64,000 bases of DNA, from positions 96,001 to 160,000 of the IMG/VR virus record IMGVR_UViG_3300017700_000931; one strand, written 5' to 3'. The position numbers and the translations under genes were made by a program. The stretch comes from a virus. Lineage: Duplodnaviria > Caudoviricetes. The notes under the pieces were generated by a model that was not told where the DNA came from, did no database searches, and saw only the letters and a list, made by a program, of their open reading frames with translations. Shown here piece after piece: positions 30,047 through 39,740 of the stretch (the first letter of the stretch is position 1; each line of letters begins with the position of its first letter).

Positions 30047-32053
30047 TTATGCTTTTATAGATGACAAGTCAATATCAATCTCACAAGAGCCTCCGGCACA
30101 TGCTGCCTCTCCTGATAAATTAGTGTTATCCTCAATTTCAATGACTTTAGTTAAATCAACATCCACTAAGGTTTTCATTAATTCATTGTATTTTTCTTTA
30201 GTACAGTCCTCAAATGGAGCTTGAATATAACTTCCACCATCATATGGTAATACTGATATACCATTAAAAGTTTCACGATTATCCCACATCCATTCACCAA
30301 CTACACCCCATTCATTGATTCGGTAAATAACATTACCTTTTTCATCTTTTTTGGGCTCGTAAACCACTTTTCCGTCAGTTCCCTTAATCGGAGTACCTTT
30401 TTCATCTTTGATTGAAACAACTTCAGCTTCTTTCTTAATCGAAACAGTAACAGATACATTATGTGTATTTTGTCCGTCAGTGTGTCCAGCTCTAACCCAT
30501 TCTAGGTTGAATTTTTTCACCCTTTCAAGTAGTTGCATAGGTGATTCATGTCTAAATATTGAACCATCTGGAGCCTTTTGTGGTATAGATATTACTGCTT
30601 GTTCATTTGGTCTAAAGTATTCATCTTCCACTAATTGTGGGTGGTGAATAGCTAAATAACTATAAATTGCTTCATTCTTACCGACTCTAATCCTTCTAAG
30701 ATAATAATCATTATGCCAAGCATGTACACCGGATGCGGTACCTAAAACTAGTGATGAGGTTCCTGATGGTTTAACTGTTGTTGTCCTTGCCGCTGGATTA
30801 ATGTTAATCAAATCAGCAATTCTTTTATTTTCTTTTAAAACTTCAGCCGCTGCTTCTTCTAAATCAAATCCTAACACAACACCAGAACCAATTCCTGTCA
30901 TTCCAACACCAACTAACGCATCTTTTTCTGTGGTTCTTTTCCATACATCTCTCAAGTAATGAAAATCAGTATATCCAGCTTGTAATGTACCAATAAAGGC
31001 GGCAGCTCTTACTCTTTCATTTAAATCTTCTTGGGAAGTGATATTTGAAGCGTTGATTTCAGTTAAATTACAAAATTGATAAGGTCTTAATGCAATTTCG
31101 CAACATGGATTAGTTCCCCAATCTTTATCATTTGAAAAATACACACCCGGCTCTCCACTACCACTTTCTTCAATTTTTTTCCATAAATCAAAAAACGTTG
31201 ATTCAGTTATTTTATGTCTCAACATAACAGCAGAGTTATTCGCTCTACCTCTTTGCGGATTTAATTCATACCATGCTCCAAATTTACATGTTCTCATATT
31301 ATCATCATCCATTGAGAATAATGAAATTAATGCCGCTCTCCTTATTCCACCAGCTAATACTGCATCAGCAATATAGCAAACAATATCATGTACTTCAAGA
31401 GTTGTTAATTTACTTCCATCCTCTTTGTTACTTAAAATTTTAGTAATATTATGGATACAATCTTTTAATGGTTGTGGTCCCGGAGCTTTACCACCACTAG
31501 TTACTAATAATGCACCTTTTTTTCTAATATCAGAATAATCAAATATTGGTTCTGAGGTATTTTTGTTTGTAACATCAAGATAAGATTTCATCAAAATCTT
31601 AATTGTGTCAGCCCAACCTTCAATGTTATCACTAACAACATATCTACGTGTTCTACCAGCTTTAGGTTTTCTAATTTCTGGTAATTGCTCCACATGATGT
31701 CTTTGTACCGAATATCCAACACCAGTACCACCTAACAACAAAAACATTATTTCACTAAATGAATTGTAATGGTCTATTGGTAGATACGCACAGTTGTATA
31801 TTCTATTTGGAGAGATTTCAATTGGTTTACCACCAAATTGAAGACTTCTCATTGAAGGTAACACCTTCTTATCATACACCATTTTAAAAACATCTTCAAT
31901 CTCACCCTTAATGTGTGGATATCTTTTTTGGTGCATTTCTTTATTTCTTGTAACCAATTCTTCCCATGTTTCTCTTCTTTTTAACTTGGGTAAGTATTTG
32001 GCGTATTTCATGTAGACGGTAATATCTGATAGGATTCTTGTCGAAATATCCAT
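30047..32053 (-). CDS. nrdJ: Class II (adenosylcobalamin-dependent) ribonucleotide reductase, monomeric RTPR type
   Basis: PSMRSLQFGG, IYNCAY, GTNPCCEI, FCNLTEIN, TTVKPSGT and C-terminal ACAGGSCE; no nrdB partner nearby. Confidence 0.9.
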   Translation of the reverse strand: MDISTRILSDITVYMKYAKYLPKLKRRETWEELVTRNKEMHQKRYPHIKGEIEDVFKMVYDKKVLPSMRSLQFGGKPIEISPNRIYNCAYLPIDHYNSFSEIMFLLLGGTGVGYSVQRHHVEQLPEIRKPKAGRTRRYVVSDNIEGWADTIKILMKSYLDVTNKNTSEPIFDYSDIRKKGALLVTSGGKAPGPQPLKDCIHNITKILSNKEDGSKLTTLEVHDIVCYIADAVLAGGIRRAALISLFSMDDDNMRTCKFGAWYELNPQRGRANNSAVMLRHKITESTFFDLWKKIEESGSGEPGVYFSNDKDWGTNPCCEIALRPYQFCNLTEINASNITSQEDLNERVRAAAFIGTLQAGYTDFHYLRDVWKRTTEKDALVGVGMTGIGSGVVLGFDLEEAAAEVLKENKRIADLININPAARTTTVKPSGTSSLVLGTASGVHAWHNDYYLRRIRVGKNEAIYSYLAIHHPQLVEDEYFRPNEQAVISIPQKAPDGSIFRHESPMQLLERVKKFNLEWVRAGHTDGQNTHNVSVTVSIKKEAEVVSIKDEKGTPIKGTDGKVVYEPKKDEKGNVIYRINEWGVVGEWMWDNRETFNGISVLPYDGGSYIQAPFEDCTKEKYNELMKTLVDVDLTKVIEIEDNTNLSGEAACAGGSCEIDIDLSSIKA

Positions 32054-32081
32054 AGTAATTATTAGTATTTATTCTTAATTA

Positions 32082-33482
32082 TTATTGACCTTCTTTTTTC
32101 TTGATTTCTGTCAGTGCATCCAGTACAAAGTTAACCCTATCTTGGTCTCTCTCTTTTTTAATTTCTTTCGTCTCAAGGAATGTCCTTCCTGTTTTTTTGG
32201 TAACGTCGATTTGAATTCTACTATTGTCGAATGTAATATCCTCGAATATAATTCCATCTTTACCAAACCTAGATTTAAGAATGGCCATATTTGCAGTTCC
32301 ATTCTCTTTTTGTTCTAATGTCTTAGCTACTGATACAATAAAATGGCCGATTTGACCTTTCTTTATTGAACCACCAATCATTGTTGAATCAACTGTGTCT
32401 GCACCAATTGAACTTCTATTCCCTTGAATAGCGGTCCAACCAGCGATATCTAATTCTGAAAGCATGCTTTCAAATTCACGCATAACATTTCCTTCACCTA
32501 CGTTAACGTCGTCAACATGTCTTGATGGCCTAATGCAATCAATGTAATCCACTAAAACTATATCTGGTTTAAACCCTTGAGCTATTAGCTTTCTAATATA
32601 CTGTTTAATCATCGGTATGGTCGTACCGTCACTTGGGAACTTCTTTAATTTTAAAATTCCAATTTCTTCTTTTTTATCTTTCGCAATTTGAAGAATTTCT
32701 TCTTTATTATCACTTAATTCGTTTAATGTAAATTTACCATTTGCCCAACAGGTCAAATGTTTTCTTTGGATAACCTTTGCATTATCCTCAAAGAATATTT
32801 GTAATACATTTTTACCAACATTTTTACCAGTATTAGCTATCTTAGTAATTAATGTGGTTTTACCAACACCAAATGGTGCCAGAATGATACCTAATTCACC
32901 TTTAGATAATCCACCATCCATAACCTCATCTAACCCATTAATACCTGTTGGTATTGGTTTTCTGAAATCATCAGATAAGACATCCGTAAGATTTTCAAAG
33001 ACATCCATTCCATCATCTTTGTTATTTCCAATTTCAAGAGCTTTTTTTAATAACTCTTCAATTTGGTCATAATCATCCAAATTACCTTTATCGATAATTT
33101 TTTGGATGAGCTTCATTGATTTCTTTAATTCCTGTTGTTTACAGAAATTCATCGCAATGTTTTGAACTTTAGGACTATCCTTTAATTCAGCATTTTTTAT
33201 TTTATTAATTTGTGTTTTTATGAAACCAATCGTGAACTCATTATTTATTTTTTCAACCAACCTAAATTCCAGACTGGATACGTCTGGAATTATTTCTTCG
33301 GTTTCATAAGCTTCTTTGATTTCATTGACTATTAACCTTAAGTGTTCGTCTTCAAAATAGTTTGGGTTAACAATATCCATAATACTGTTAGCAAATCTAT
33401 CGTCCGTTAGGAATTGTTGGATTAATCTTACTTGATAATCCAACCCTAAATATCCGAAATTTTCTTTATCTAATTTGTTCAT
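32082..33482 (-). CDS. dnaB: Replicative DnaB/gp41-like helicase
   Basis: Walker A APFGVGKT, LVDYID, QGNR and KSRFG. Confidence 0.93.
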   Translation of the reverse strand: MNKLDKENFGYLGLDYQVRLIQQFLTDDRFANSIMDIVNPNYFEDEHLRLIVNEIKEAYETEEIIPDVSSLEFRLVEKINNEFTIGFIKTQINKIKNAELKDSPKVQNIAMNFCKQQELKKSMKLIQKIIDKGNLDDYDQIEELLKKALEIGNNKDDGMDVFENLTDVLSDDFRKPIPTGINGLDEVMDGGLSKGELGIILAPFGVGKTTLITKIANTGKNVGKNVLQIFFEDNAKVIQRKHLTCWANGKFTLNELSDNKEEILQIAKDKKEEIGILKLKKFPSDGTTIPMIKQYIRKLIAQGFKPDIVLVDYIDCIRPSRHVDDVNVGEGNVMREFESMLSELDIAGWTAIQGNRSSIGADTVDSTMIGGSIKKGQIGHFIVSVAKTLEQKENGTANMAILKSRFGKDGIIFEDITFDNSRIQIDVTKKTGRTFLETKEIKKERDQDRVNFVLDALTEIKKKEGQ

Positions 33483-33517
33483 TTTTACTAAAACCCTTGT
33501 TTTAAATAAATATCAAA

Positions 33518-34033
33518 TTATGCCTCAAAATGATAAGGTGCTACCTCATATTTTAGTGAAATCTCACCATACGTATCAGTATAGGACTTTTTGCTTAAAT
33601 TTTGTCTAATTTCGGCAATAATTTCTGGAATAATATCTTTGATATTTACTTGATATCTTACCTTTGGTGGGAATACATTTCCACTGAACAATGTTTCACC
33701 AATTACAACACCATCTACTCTGATTTGGAAGCCAAAATCATCTTTTTTATCGTAAATATCTTTACGATTAATTTCATCTAATGTTTGAGGAGAATATGGT
33801 TTATAGTAACCCCACAAATATTCTCTAGATTTGTCTTGTAAATATTTTGGGATTAGCCCAAGCATACCAAAATCAGTATTGTTGGTTCCGGCTATTTTAT
33901 CAATCAATTCTTTTAACTCCATAGAGTTTTTAGAATCCTCATTGTAGTTACGAATGTCAAAATACCTCTGACAAATAATATTACCATTAATTAATAGTAA
34001 AAATTCAAATCTTTGTTTTTCAATCTTTTTCAT
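33518..34033 (-). CDS. Hypothetical protein
   Basis: 171-aa ORF within the replication operon. Confidence 0.65.
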   Translation of the reverse strand: MKKIEKQRFEFLLLINGNIICQRYFDIRNYNEDSKNSMELKELIDKIAGTNNTDFGMLGLIPKYLQDKSREYLWGYYKPYSPQTLDEINRKDIYDKKDDFGFQIRVDGVVIGETLFSGNVFPPKVRYQVNIKDIIPEIIAEIRQNLSKKSYTDTYGEISLKYEVAPYHFEA

Positions 34034-34036
34034 ACT

Positions 34037-35122
34037 TTAGTTGTTTTCATTAATAATTGTTTTGTTTTCACGGTCTATCAGTTTTTTAAATGGTAATAGG
34101 AATTCAATCCCTATATTCCCAACTTTAACATCAATTCCATCTCTTTTCATTTTTATGTAAGCTTCTTTTATTCCTCTACCATCAGGGTCAATATCTGATT
34201 CCATTAAATTAGTAATCTTCTCGATTGCATTTTGGGTCATCATCGGAATTGATAAATCCACTAAAGATTTATTTCTTTCGTATAATTTCATACCCATTTT
34301 TATGTCAATTTTACCCTCTTTATCAGTCGTAATACCTTCAATTAAATTAGTTAGGGCTTGGAGCGGTTTCTTCTTATTTGCCACCCTTTCATCTTGAATT
34401 ATTTGAGCTTGTTCTAATATTTCTTGCAAAGTTACGGGTCTCTGAGCAATTTGTGGGAAGTTATTCAATAAAGTTTTTTCCTTAACACCCTTCACCCCTC
34501 TAATTGAATCACTTGAATCACCAGATATTGTTTTAATTAAAACTAAATTTTCCAAATGATGACCAAATTGTTGTTGGTAATTGTAAGTTGTGACGTAGGT
34601 CCTCAAATCAACTAAATACACTTGGGTGTCGTTGTTAACTAATTGACACAAATCTCTATCATTAGTCACGATTGTAACTTTATCATTAGCTTTTTTCGCT
34701 TTACAATAAAAGGCTATGAAATCATCACCTTCAACGATGTCCTCGTTTCTAATTTGCCTAACAAATAAATCTTCAAGATATTGTTGAATTTTTGCTCTTT
34801 CTATGATTTGATTTTCATCATCTGGTTGTGTACCATTAACGTAATCCTTACCTCTATCACTTTTATAATCAGGATATATTTCATATCTCAATTTTCCAGA
34901 GAATTTTCCATCCCAGAAAACAAAAACTCTGTGATAGATATTTTCGTTAAGTAATTTTCTTAATATTGTGAGGAATTGATAAATACCACCTATATGTTGT
35001 CCGGCACTATTGAACTCATCTTTAGCACCGTGGTAACCTATTTTAAATAAAGCATTACCGTCGACAACTAAGGTATTTGTATTTTCAATTTTAATCCCAT
35101 TTTTGGGAGGTCTTCTATTCAT
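34037..35122 (-). CDS. 5'-3' exonuclease / flap endonuclease (T4 RNase H or PolA N-terminal-like)
   Basis: LVVDGN, VFWDG, YKSDR, EGDDFI, TNDRDL and GDSSDSIRGVKGV. Confidence 0.93.
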   Translation of the reverse strand: MNRRPPKNGIKIENTNTLVVDGNALFKIGYHGAKDEFNSAGQHIGGIYQFLTILRKLLNENIYHRVFVFWDGKFSGKLRYEIYPDYKSDRGKDYVNGTQPDDENQIIERAKIQQYLEDLFVRQIRNEDIVEGDDFIAFYCKAKKANDKVTIVTNDRDLCQLVNNDTQVYLVDLRTYVTTYNYQQQFGHHLENLVLIKTISGDSSDSIRGVKGVKEKTLLNNFPQIAQRPVTLQEILEQAQIIQDERVANKKKPLQALTNLIEGITTDKEGKIDIKMGMKLYERNKSLVDLSIPMMTQNAIEKITNLMESDIDPDGRGIKEAYIKMKRDGIDVKVGNIGIEFLLPFKKLIDRENKTIINENN

Positions 35123-35174
35123 TTCATCTTTATTAGATGGTTAAACAATCTATTTTTTAATAATACCCGAAGTA

Positions 35175-36290
35175 TTATTCATCACCTTCATGTAGGTCAT
35201 CACCCTCCATCACACCAGCTTCTTCAAGATATGTGACTTCAGCATCATATGGCACATTTAACATATCATGAATGAATTTTCTATGTTCAGTTTTGTATTC
35301 TTCAATTTCACTTGGATTAACATACCCGTGTGGGGTTGAAGCAATAACACCACTTCTTTCAATACCAGTGATATGGTTTTTTTCACATCTAATTTTTGCT
35401 TCAGTACCGAACTGAATATCTTGGTTCAATGATTTTGCCTTCAATTTAGTTGTTCCATGGGTTAAAATACCACCCAAGTGAACAATGATTCTTGAATTGA
35501 AGAACATGAATTCACCACCCTTGTGTTTAATAACAGTCCCATTCATACTATCCAACCAAATCTTTTGAACACAAATTAATGTGTTAATATATGGTGAATC
35601 TTCAGCTCTACTTGCTGGAATTTTGAAGTTAACAATTGCTTGAAACGCTCCCATAGCTCCAGCATTCCACATATTATTACTAGAATTTGATAACGCTGAT
35701 TTATAACAGTTCAAAGTTCCAATTGAATCCCAAAGGAAACACATATTATAAGGGAATTTACCATCCTCTTGTAATTGAATCATCTCACTTATGAATAATG
35801 CTACATCCTCTATCACTGGTTCGTTTCTAGTAGGTTTAGTCATCATTTTACTCTCTTGATGATTATAATTTTTATACTTTCTGTATAAATCTTGATTTCG
35901 TACTAGCAAGAAACCATCAGGTTTAGTCACAATTTCACCAGTTTTTTCATCAGTTTCTTCTTTGAATTTTACACCGATTTGTTTAGCGTGTGTCCATGAC
36001 CAGTTACCTTCTGTTTCTATTACGATTGGGAAGTCACCTATCTTTTGTGCTCCAGCAATTGCTTCATAAAATGCAGTTGATTTCCCAGTGTTAGAATAAC
36101 CCCTTACAAGGTTCACATAACCCCTAGCAAATCCGGGTAATTTAAGTGCATCATGCCAAGCTTTTGATAATGGTATCCATGATAGTGGTTTATCTTTTGG
36201 TGTTGAGTCAATACCTTGTTCAGTTAAAAAACTTTCTAAATCGAAATCATCTTTTTTAATAATTTTTTTTGGTGCTTGTTTTTTTGACAT
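35175..36290 (-). CDS. recA: RecA/UvsX-like recombinase
   Basis: Walker A GYSNTGKST, FLWDSIG, KGGEFMFF and CEKNH. Confidence 0.88.
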   Translation of the reverse strand: MSKKQAPKKIIKKDDFDLESFLTEQGIDSTPKDKPLSWIPLSKAWHDALKLPGFARGYVNLVRGYSNTGKSTAFYEAIAGAQKIGDFPIVIETEGNWSWTHAKQIGVKFKEETDEKTGEIVTKPDGFLLVRNQDLYRKYKNYNHQESKMMTKPTRNEPVIEDVALFISEMIQLQEDGKFPYNMCFLWDSIGTLNCYKSALSNSSNNMWNAGAMGAFQAIVNFKIPASRAEDSPYINTLICVQKIWLDSMNGTVIKHKGGEFMFFNSRIIVHLGGILTHGTTKLKAKSLNQDIQFGTEAKIRCEKNHITGIERSGVIASTPHGYVNPSEIEEYKTEHRKFIHDMLNVPYDAEVTYLEEAGVMEGDDLHEGDE

Positions 36291-36333
36291 GGTTTATTGG
36301 TTAAATTTTAGTTATTTTTATATTAATATAAAA

Positions 36334-36416
36334 TGGTGAAAGGAAGCTGTAAGGATTACACTTATCTTCTAACGATAGCCTCTACATGGTCGCCTTGCCA
36401 GTAGCTATTATCACCA
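36334..36416. ncRNA. Candidate structured RNA (three-stem junction)
   Basis: P1 TGGTGA/TCACCA encloses hairpin AAGG-AAG-C-TGTAA(GGA)TTACA-CTT-A-TCTT and hairpin GATAG..CTAC.TGGT(CGCCTT)GCCA-GTAG-CTATT. Confidence 0.55.
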
Positions 36417-36443
36417 CTATATAATAATAGTTAATTTTTAGAC

Positions 36444-36480
36444 AAAAAAATTTGGGTGAGCAAATAAACTCACCCAAATT
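36444..36480 (-). terminator. Intrinsic terminator after SSB
   Basis: AATTTGGGTGAG...CTCACCCAAATT with a T tract on the minus strand. Confidence 0.85.
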
Positions 36481-36491
36481 AATTTTAATTC

Positions 36492-37388
36492 TTAGAAAGG
36501 TAGGTCGTCTTCAACTTCTGTTGAAGGGTCAACACTTTCTTCTGTTTCAGCTGGTAATTCTGTTGATGCATCAGCACCAATTGTTAATTCTGATTCTTCA
36601 TCACTTGTGATGTCTTTATCAGTCAATGTGTTTTTATCCACCCATTCACCACCTTCACCAGAAGCATTTTTCTTCCAAGTTGGTTCTCCACCTTTAACAA
36701 TAATTTCAAGGTAAGAATATGGTTTTACTGAATAAACAGTTTCCCAAGTTCTATCATCATTCATCCAATTGTTGATTGTTTCTTCATCAGAATGTAATGG
36801 TGAAGGGTCACCTTGAACAATAGAGTTAACTGTTGGTCTGTTGTTTTGGTCTCTAGCGATAGTGATAATTAAATCTCTACCATTCTTTGGGTCCATAATA
36901 TTTGGTGCCGCAGAATCAGATATTGCCATAACTACACCAGCGATTTTATCAAAAATACCAGTTTTTCTATAGTCATGATTGAATCTCCAGAATTTTGGAC
37001 CTTCATCTTCGTGTGCTCTGTCAATTACTTTGACAACGTACATTTTTCTTGCGGAATAATTTTGTGCTAATTTTTTGTCATTTGCATCACCAGTTGCTAA
37101 TAGTGCTGCTCTAGCTTCACAGAATGGACAATCTTCATCTTTTTCATGTTTTGGACAAACAAAAGTTTTCCATTGACCATTTACTTGAGCCTTGTGACCC
37201 ATTACTTCAACAAATGGTGTTTCATTTTCTCCAACCGGAAGAATTCTAATTCTTTTAGTTATTGATTTTACACCGTCTGGTAAGAATGTTGTGAAATACT
37301 GTTTTAGTCTTTCATCATTTGTCATTTTTTTCGAAGCCTTGCTTGTGTTGTTGTTTTCGTACTGTTTTAAAATTGCATTTAAACTCAT
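36492..37388 (-). CDS. Single-stranded DNA-binding protein, T4 gp32-like
   Basis: KRIRILP, CPK...CPFC zinc motif, EGPKFWRF and acidic tail ending DDLPF. Confidence 0.88.
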   Translation of the reverse strand: MSLNAILKQYENNNTSKASKKMTNDERLKQYFTTFLPDGVKSITKRIRILPVGENETPFVEVMGHKAQVNGQWKTFVCPKHEKDEDCPFCEARAALLATGDANDKKLAQNYSARKMYVVKVIDRAHEDEGPKFWRFNHDYRKTGIFDKIAGVVMAISDSAAPNIMDPKNGRDLIITIARDQNNRPTVNSIVQGDPSPLHSDEETINNWMNDDRTWETVYSVKPYSYLEIIVKGGEPTWKKNASGEGGEWVDKNTLTDKDITSDEESELTIGADASTELPAETEESVDPSTEVEDDLPF

Positions 37389-37469
37389 TTTGTTTTTTGT
37401 TTTTAGATTTACTATGTTATTATTTATTTTGCTTTTTTGTTCTTTTTCAAGTATAACTTATATGAATCA

Positions 37470-37497
37470 ATTATAATAAAAAGTCTGTAAAAGTCAA
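37470..37497 (-). promoter_or_regulatory. sigma70-type promoter for SSB
   Basis: TTGACT-N16-TATAAT on the minus strand. Confidence 0.65.
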
Positions 37498-37607
37498 GTG
37501 ATTTATGGTTTTTTTTACACTTTTTTTTACTATTAAAACGTGAACAAATATTTCTACAAAATAACCGTATTTTTTTCAATTCTACAAGGGTGTTTTAAAA
37601 ATAATAC

Positions 37608-37642
37608 AAAAAAAAAGCGTAATCGAAATGACTACGCTTTTT
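37608..37642 (-). terminator. Intrinsic terminator
   Basis: AAAAAGCGTA...TACGCTTTTT stem with T tracts; the inner G-U pair fits the minus strand. Confidence 0.8.
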
Positions 37643-37661
37643 AATTTTCTAAAATTTTAAT

Positions 37662-38471
37662 TTAATAAATATCTTCTTCCTCGAATTCATTTGTATCGTT
37701 AAAACTAGTTTTAACAGAAGATTCATTATAGTCACTATTGACTTCATCTTGAGTTAAAGAATATACTTTAGGTTCCTCTTCTTTTTTCTTACCATTAACA
37801 CCCATTACATCATATTGACCTTCTTTTTCAGCCCAAAAATCAGTTAATTTTAAATTATAAGGATAAGAATCTAGAGACCTCATTTCAATTTTTTCCTCTG
37901 GTGTTGGGGCTCTTTTTTCTAATTCATTCTCCAAATTATCAATTTTAGCCGTAATTCCATCCATAGAATTCAATTTACCATCTAAGGTGTCAAGCATGCT
38001 CATTAGACTATCTAATTTTTGGTTAGCCATGTCAGCACTAGCTTTCGCTTCTTCAGTACCTTGTACCAATTCAGTAACATCAAGTTCCACTTCATCCTCA
38101 ACTGGTTCCATTTCTGCCCCACCATCGAGTCCGGCCATATCATCAACAGCATCCATACCATCAACTGGTGGTTCTTCAGTACCACCCATATCGTCCATTT
38201 CTGTACCATCAAGACCACCCATGTCATCACCAAGACCCATATCAGTATCATCACCTTCAAGGTCGGTCATATCTGCTCCACCAGATGCAGTTTGTGAATC
38301 ATCAGCCGGAAGTTCTTCGTCTTCTTCACCTTCCTCACCAAGAATAAGATTATCTGTATCATCATATACATCCATCTCATCTTCCTCACCAATATAAAAA
38401 TCATATTCGTTGATTTGCTTGAATCTGGCTAATTCCTCATTTAGAAGTTTTTGGTTAAATTTCTTATTCAT
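37662..38471 (-). CDS. Highly acidic low-complexity protein with coiled coil (scaffold/internal-head-like)
   Basis: D/E/G/M-rich middle, LLNE leader, downstream of TATTTAT motifs; function is inferred. Confidence 0.6.
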   Translation of the reverse strand: MNKKFNQKLLNEELARFKQINEYDFYIGEEDEMDVYDDTDNLILGEEGEEDEELPADDSQTASGGADMTDLEGDDTDMGLGDDMGGLDGTEMDDMGGTEEPPVDGMDAVDDMAGLDGGAEMEPVEDEVELDVTELVQGTEEAKASADMANQKLDSLMSMLDTLDGKLNSMDGITAKIDNLENELEKRAPTPEEKIEMRSLDSYPYNLKLTDFWAEKEGQYDVMGVNGKKKEEEPKVYSLTQDEVNSDYNESSVKTSFNDTNEFEEEDIY

Positions 38472-38475
38472 TGGA

Positions 38476-38655
38476 TTATGTTAATAATTCTCTGCCGTCT
38501 TGAGTAACGACTTTTTTATTTATTCTTTCAACTAGGCTTTTATCTGTTTTGATAATACACTCATCACCAGAACAATCCATTTCAGGTTGTACTTGGCTTT
38601 CTAAAAAGGAGTCCAAAGATTTTTCTAATTTCTTTTTGTTTTTATCATCTTTCAT
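38476..38655 (-). CDS. 59-aa hypothetical protein (missing from ORF track)
   Basis: MKDDKNKKKLEKSLDSFLESQVQPEMDCSGDECIIKTDKSLVERINKKVVTQDGRELLT fills the gap; TATTTATT upstream at 38687-38694. Confidence 0.75.
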   Translation of the reverse strand: MKDDKNKKKLEKSLDSFLESQVQPEMDCSGDECIIKTDKSLVERINKKVVTQDGRELLT

Positions 38656-38702
38656 AACATTCGTTTTTAAATCATTGTTATTTAATAATAAATATTAGGA
38701 TA

Positions 38703-39107
38703 TTAGGGAAAAATACGCTTAATCCTATAAATAGTAAGTTCTCCGTTATTATTGAGTATTAAACTATTCTGATACTTTTCCCAATCAATAATGTGTTTCT
38801 TATAATCAATATTACCAATTTCTAATTCAGTTTCGGATTCAATCAGCTTATTCAACGCATTAATCGTATAGATAGCGGTCCCTTTTTTATGAATAAGGAT
38901 TGCATTAGGGAAATAGTGTTTTAAATCGAGTTTTTTACCATCTTTAAGAGTCAATTTAAATGTTACAATGATTTTTGATTCATCATCAATATTCTGGAAA
39001 AAGAATACCTTATCTTTGGTAACGTTAAATTTATTTTCTAGATAATTTAAGAACCATTCCAGTCTTTCTGGAAAAATAAATGAGGCTAATAAGATTGTTT
39101 TATCCAT
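38703..39107 (-). CDS. Hypothetical protein
   Basis: 134-aa ORF overlapping its upstream gene. Confidence 0.65.
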   Translation of the reverse strand: MDKTILLASFIFPERLEWFLNYLENKFNVTKDKVFFFQNIDDESKIIVTFKLTLKDGKKLDLKHYFPNAILIHKKGTAIYTINALNKLIESETELEIGNIDYKKHIIDWEKYQNSLILNNNGELTIYRIKRIFP

Positions 39108-39702
39108 GTTTATTTATTGAATACAAAAATGGTATGTATCTGGGTTGATTATCCAACCTCTCCAAATGGTTTTTGTATTCAATAAATATTTCAATTCCTT
39201 CCAAAAATACTTTGGACATAGACTTTATCTGAGATATGATTTTATTATCATTAATGCCTAAATAACTAATGAGTTTTAAATCAATACCAAAAATAATATT
39301 ATCACCAAAAATGTATAACATTTTTTTTTCAGTAAGATAGCAAATTGGTTCATTTAATGACCTTATCTTAGTTATGATTTTCTTGATTTTGGTAGTTTTA
39401 AATTGTATTGGGTCAACAAAAATATATTTTATCGTTTTAATTGCATTATCAAAACAATAATCCATGAATTTATTGATATCGATTAAATAATATTTTTTTT
39501 GTTCGTCTTTAGTGAATGTCCAATGTATTCCATCTACTTCTCGTGATGAAAAATCTAAATTATCACCAAATTGTTTCTTCACTAAATCATAACCGACAAT
39601 AAGAGTTGGGATTCCTTGGATAACGTTATCCAAGGAATCTACCATATTAAACTCTTCACCAAGATTTAAATTAGTGTTTGAAACAATATTACCAATCTTC
39701 AT
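39100..39702 (-). CDS. Hypothetical protein
   Basis: 200-aa ORF; TATCTTTG element 4 nt upstream. Confidence 0.65.
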   Translation of the reverse strand: MKIGNIVSNTNLNLGEEFNMVDSLDNVIQGIPTLIVGYDLVKKQFGDNLDFSSREVDGIHWTFTKDEQKKYYLIDINKFMDYCFDNAIKTIKYIFVDPIQFKTTKIKKIITKIRSLNEPICYLTEKKMLYIFGDNIIFGIDLKLISYLGINDNKIISQIKSMSKVFLEGIEIFIEYKNHLERLDNQPRYIPFLYSINKHG

Positions 39703-39706
39703 GGTA

Positions 39707-39714
39707 CAAAGATA
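39707..39714 (-). promoter_or_regulatory. Bacteroidota-type -7 element TATCTTTG
   Basis: TAnnTTTG match immediately before ATG 39702. Confidence 0.6.
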
Positions 39715-39740
39715 CTGAATTAAATCTTATATTCAAAGAC

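Noticed and set aside
30047-36290. Inteins or introns in RNR, DnaB or RecA
   Set aside because: Protein lengths are ordinary, with no C/S...HN intein ends or LAGLIDADG/HNH motifs; the RNR insert is only about 35 aa.
36333-36404. 23-aa plus-strand ORF (MVKGSC...) or SRP RNA or tRNA identity for the structured element
   Set aside because: The ORF is tiny and unsupported. The SRP-like GAAAGGAAGC lacks the required CC stem and upstream CAGG, and there is no T-loop or proper acceptor stem before ACCA.
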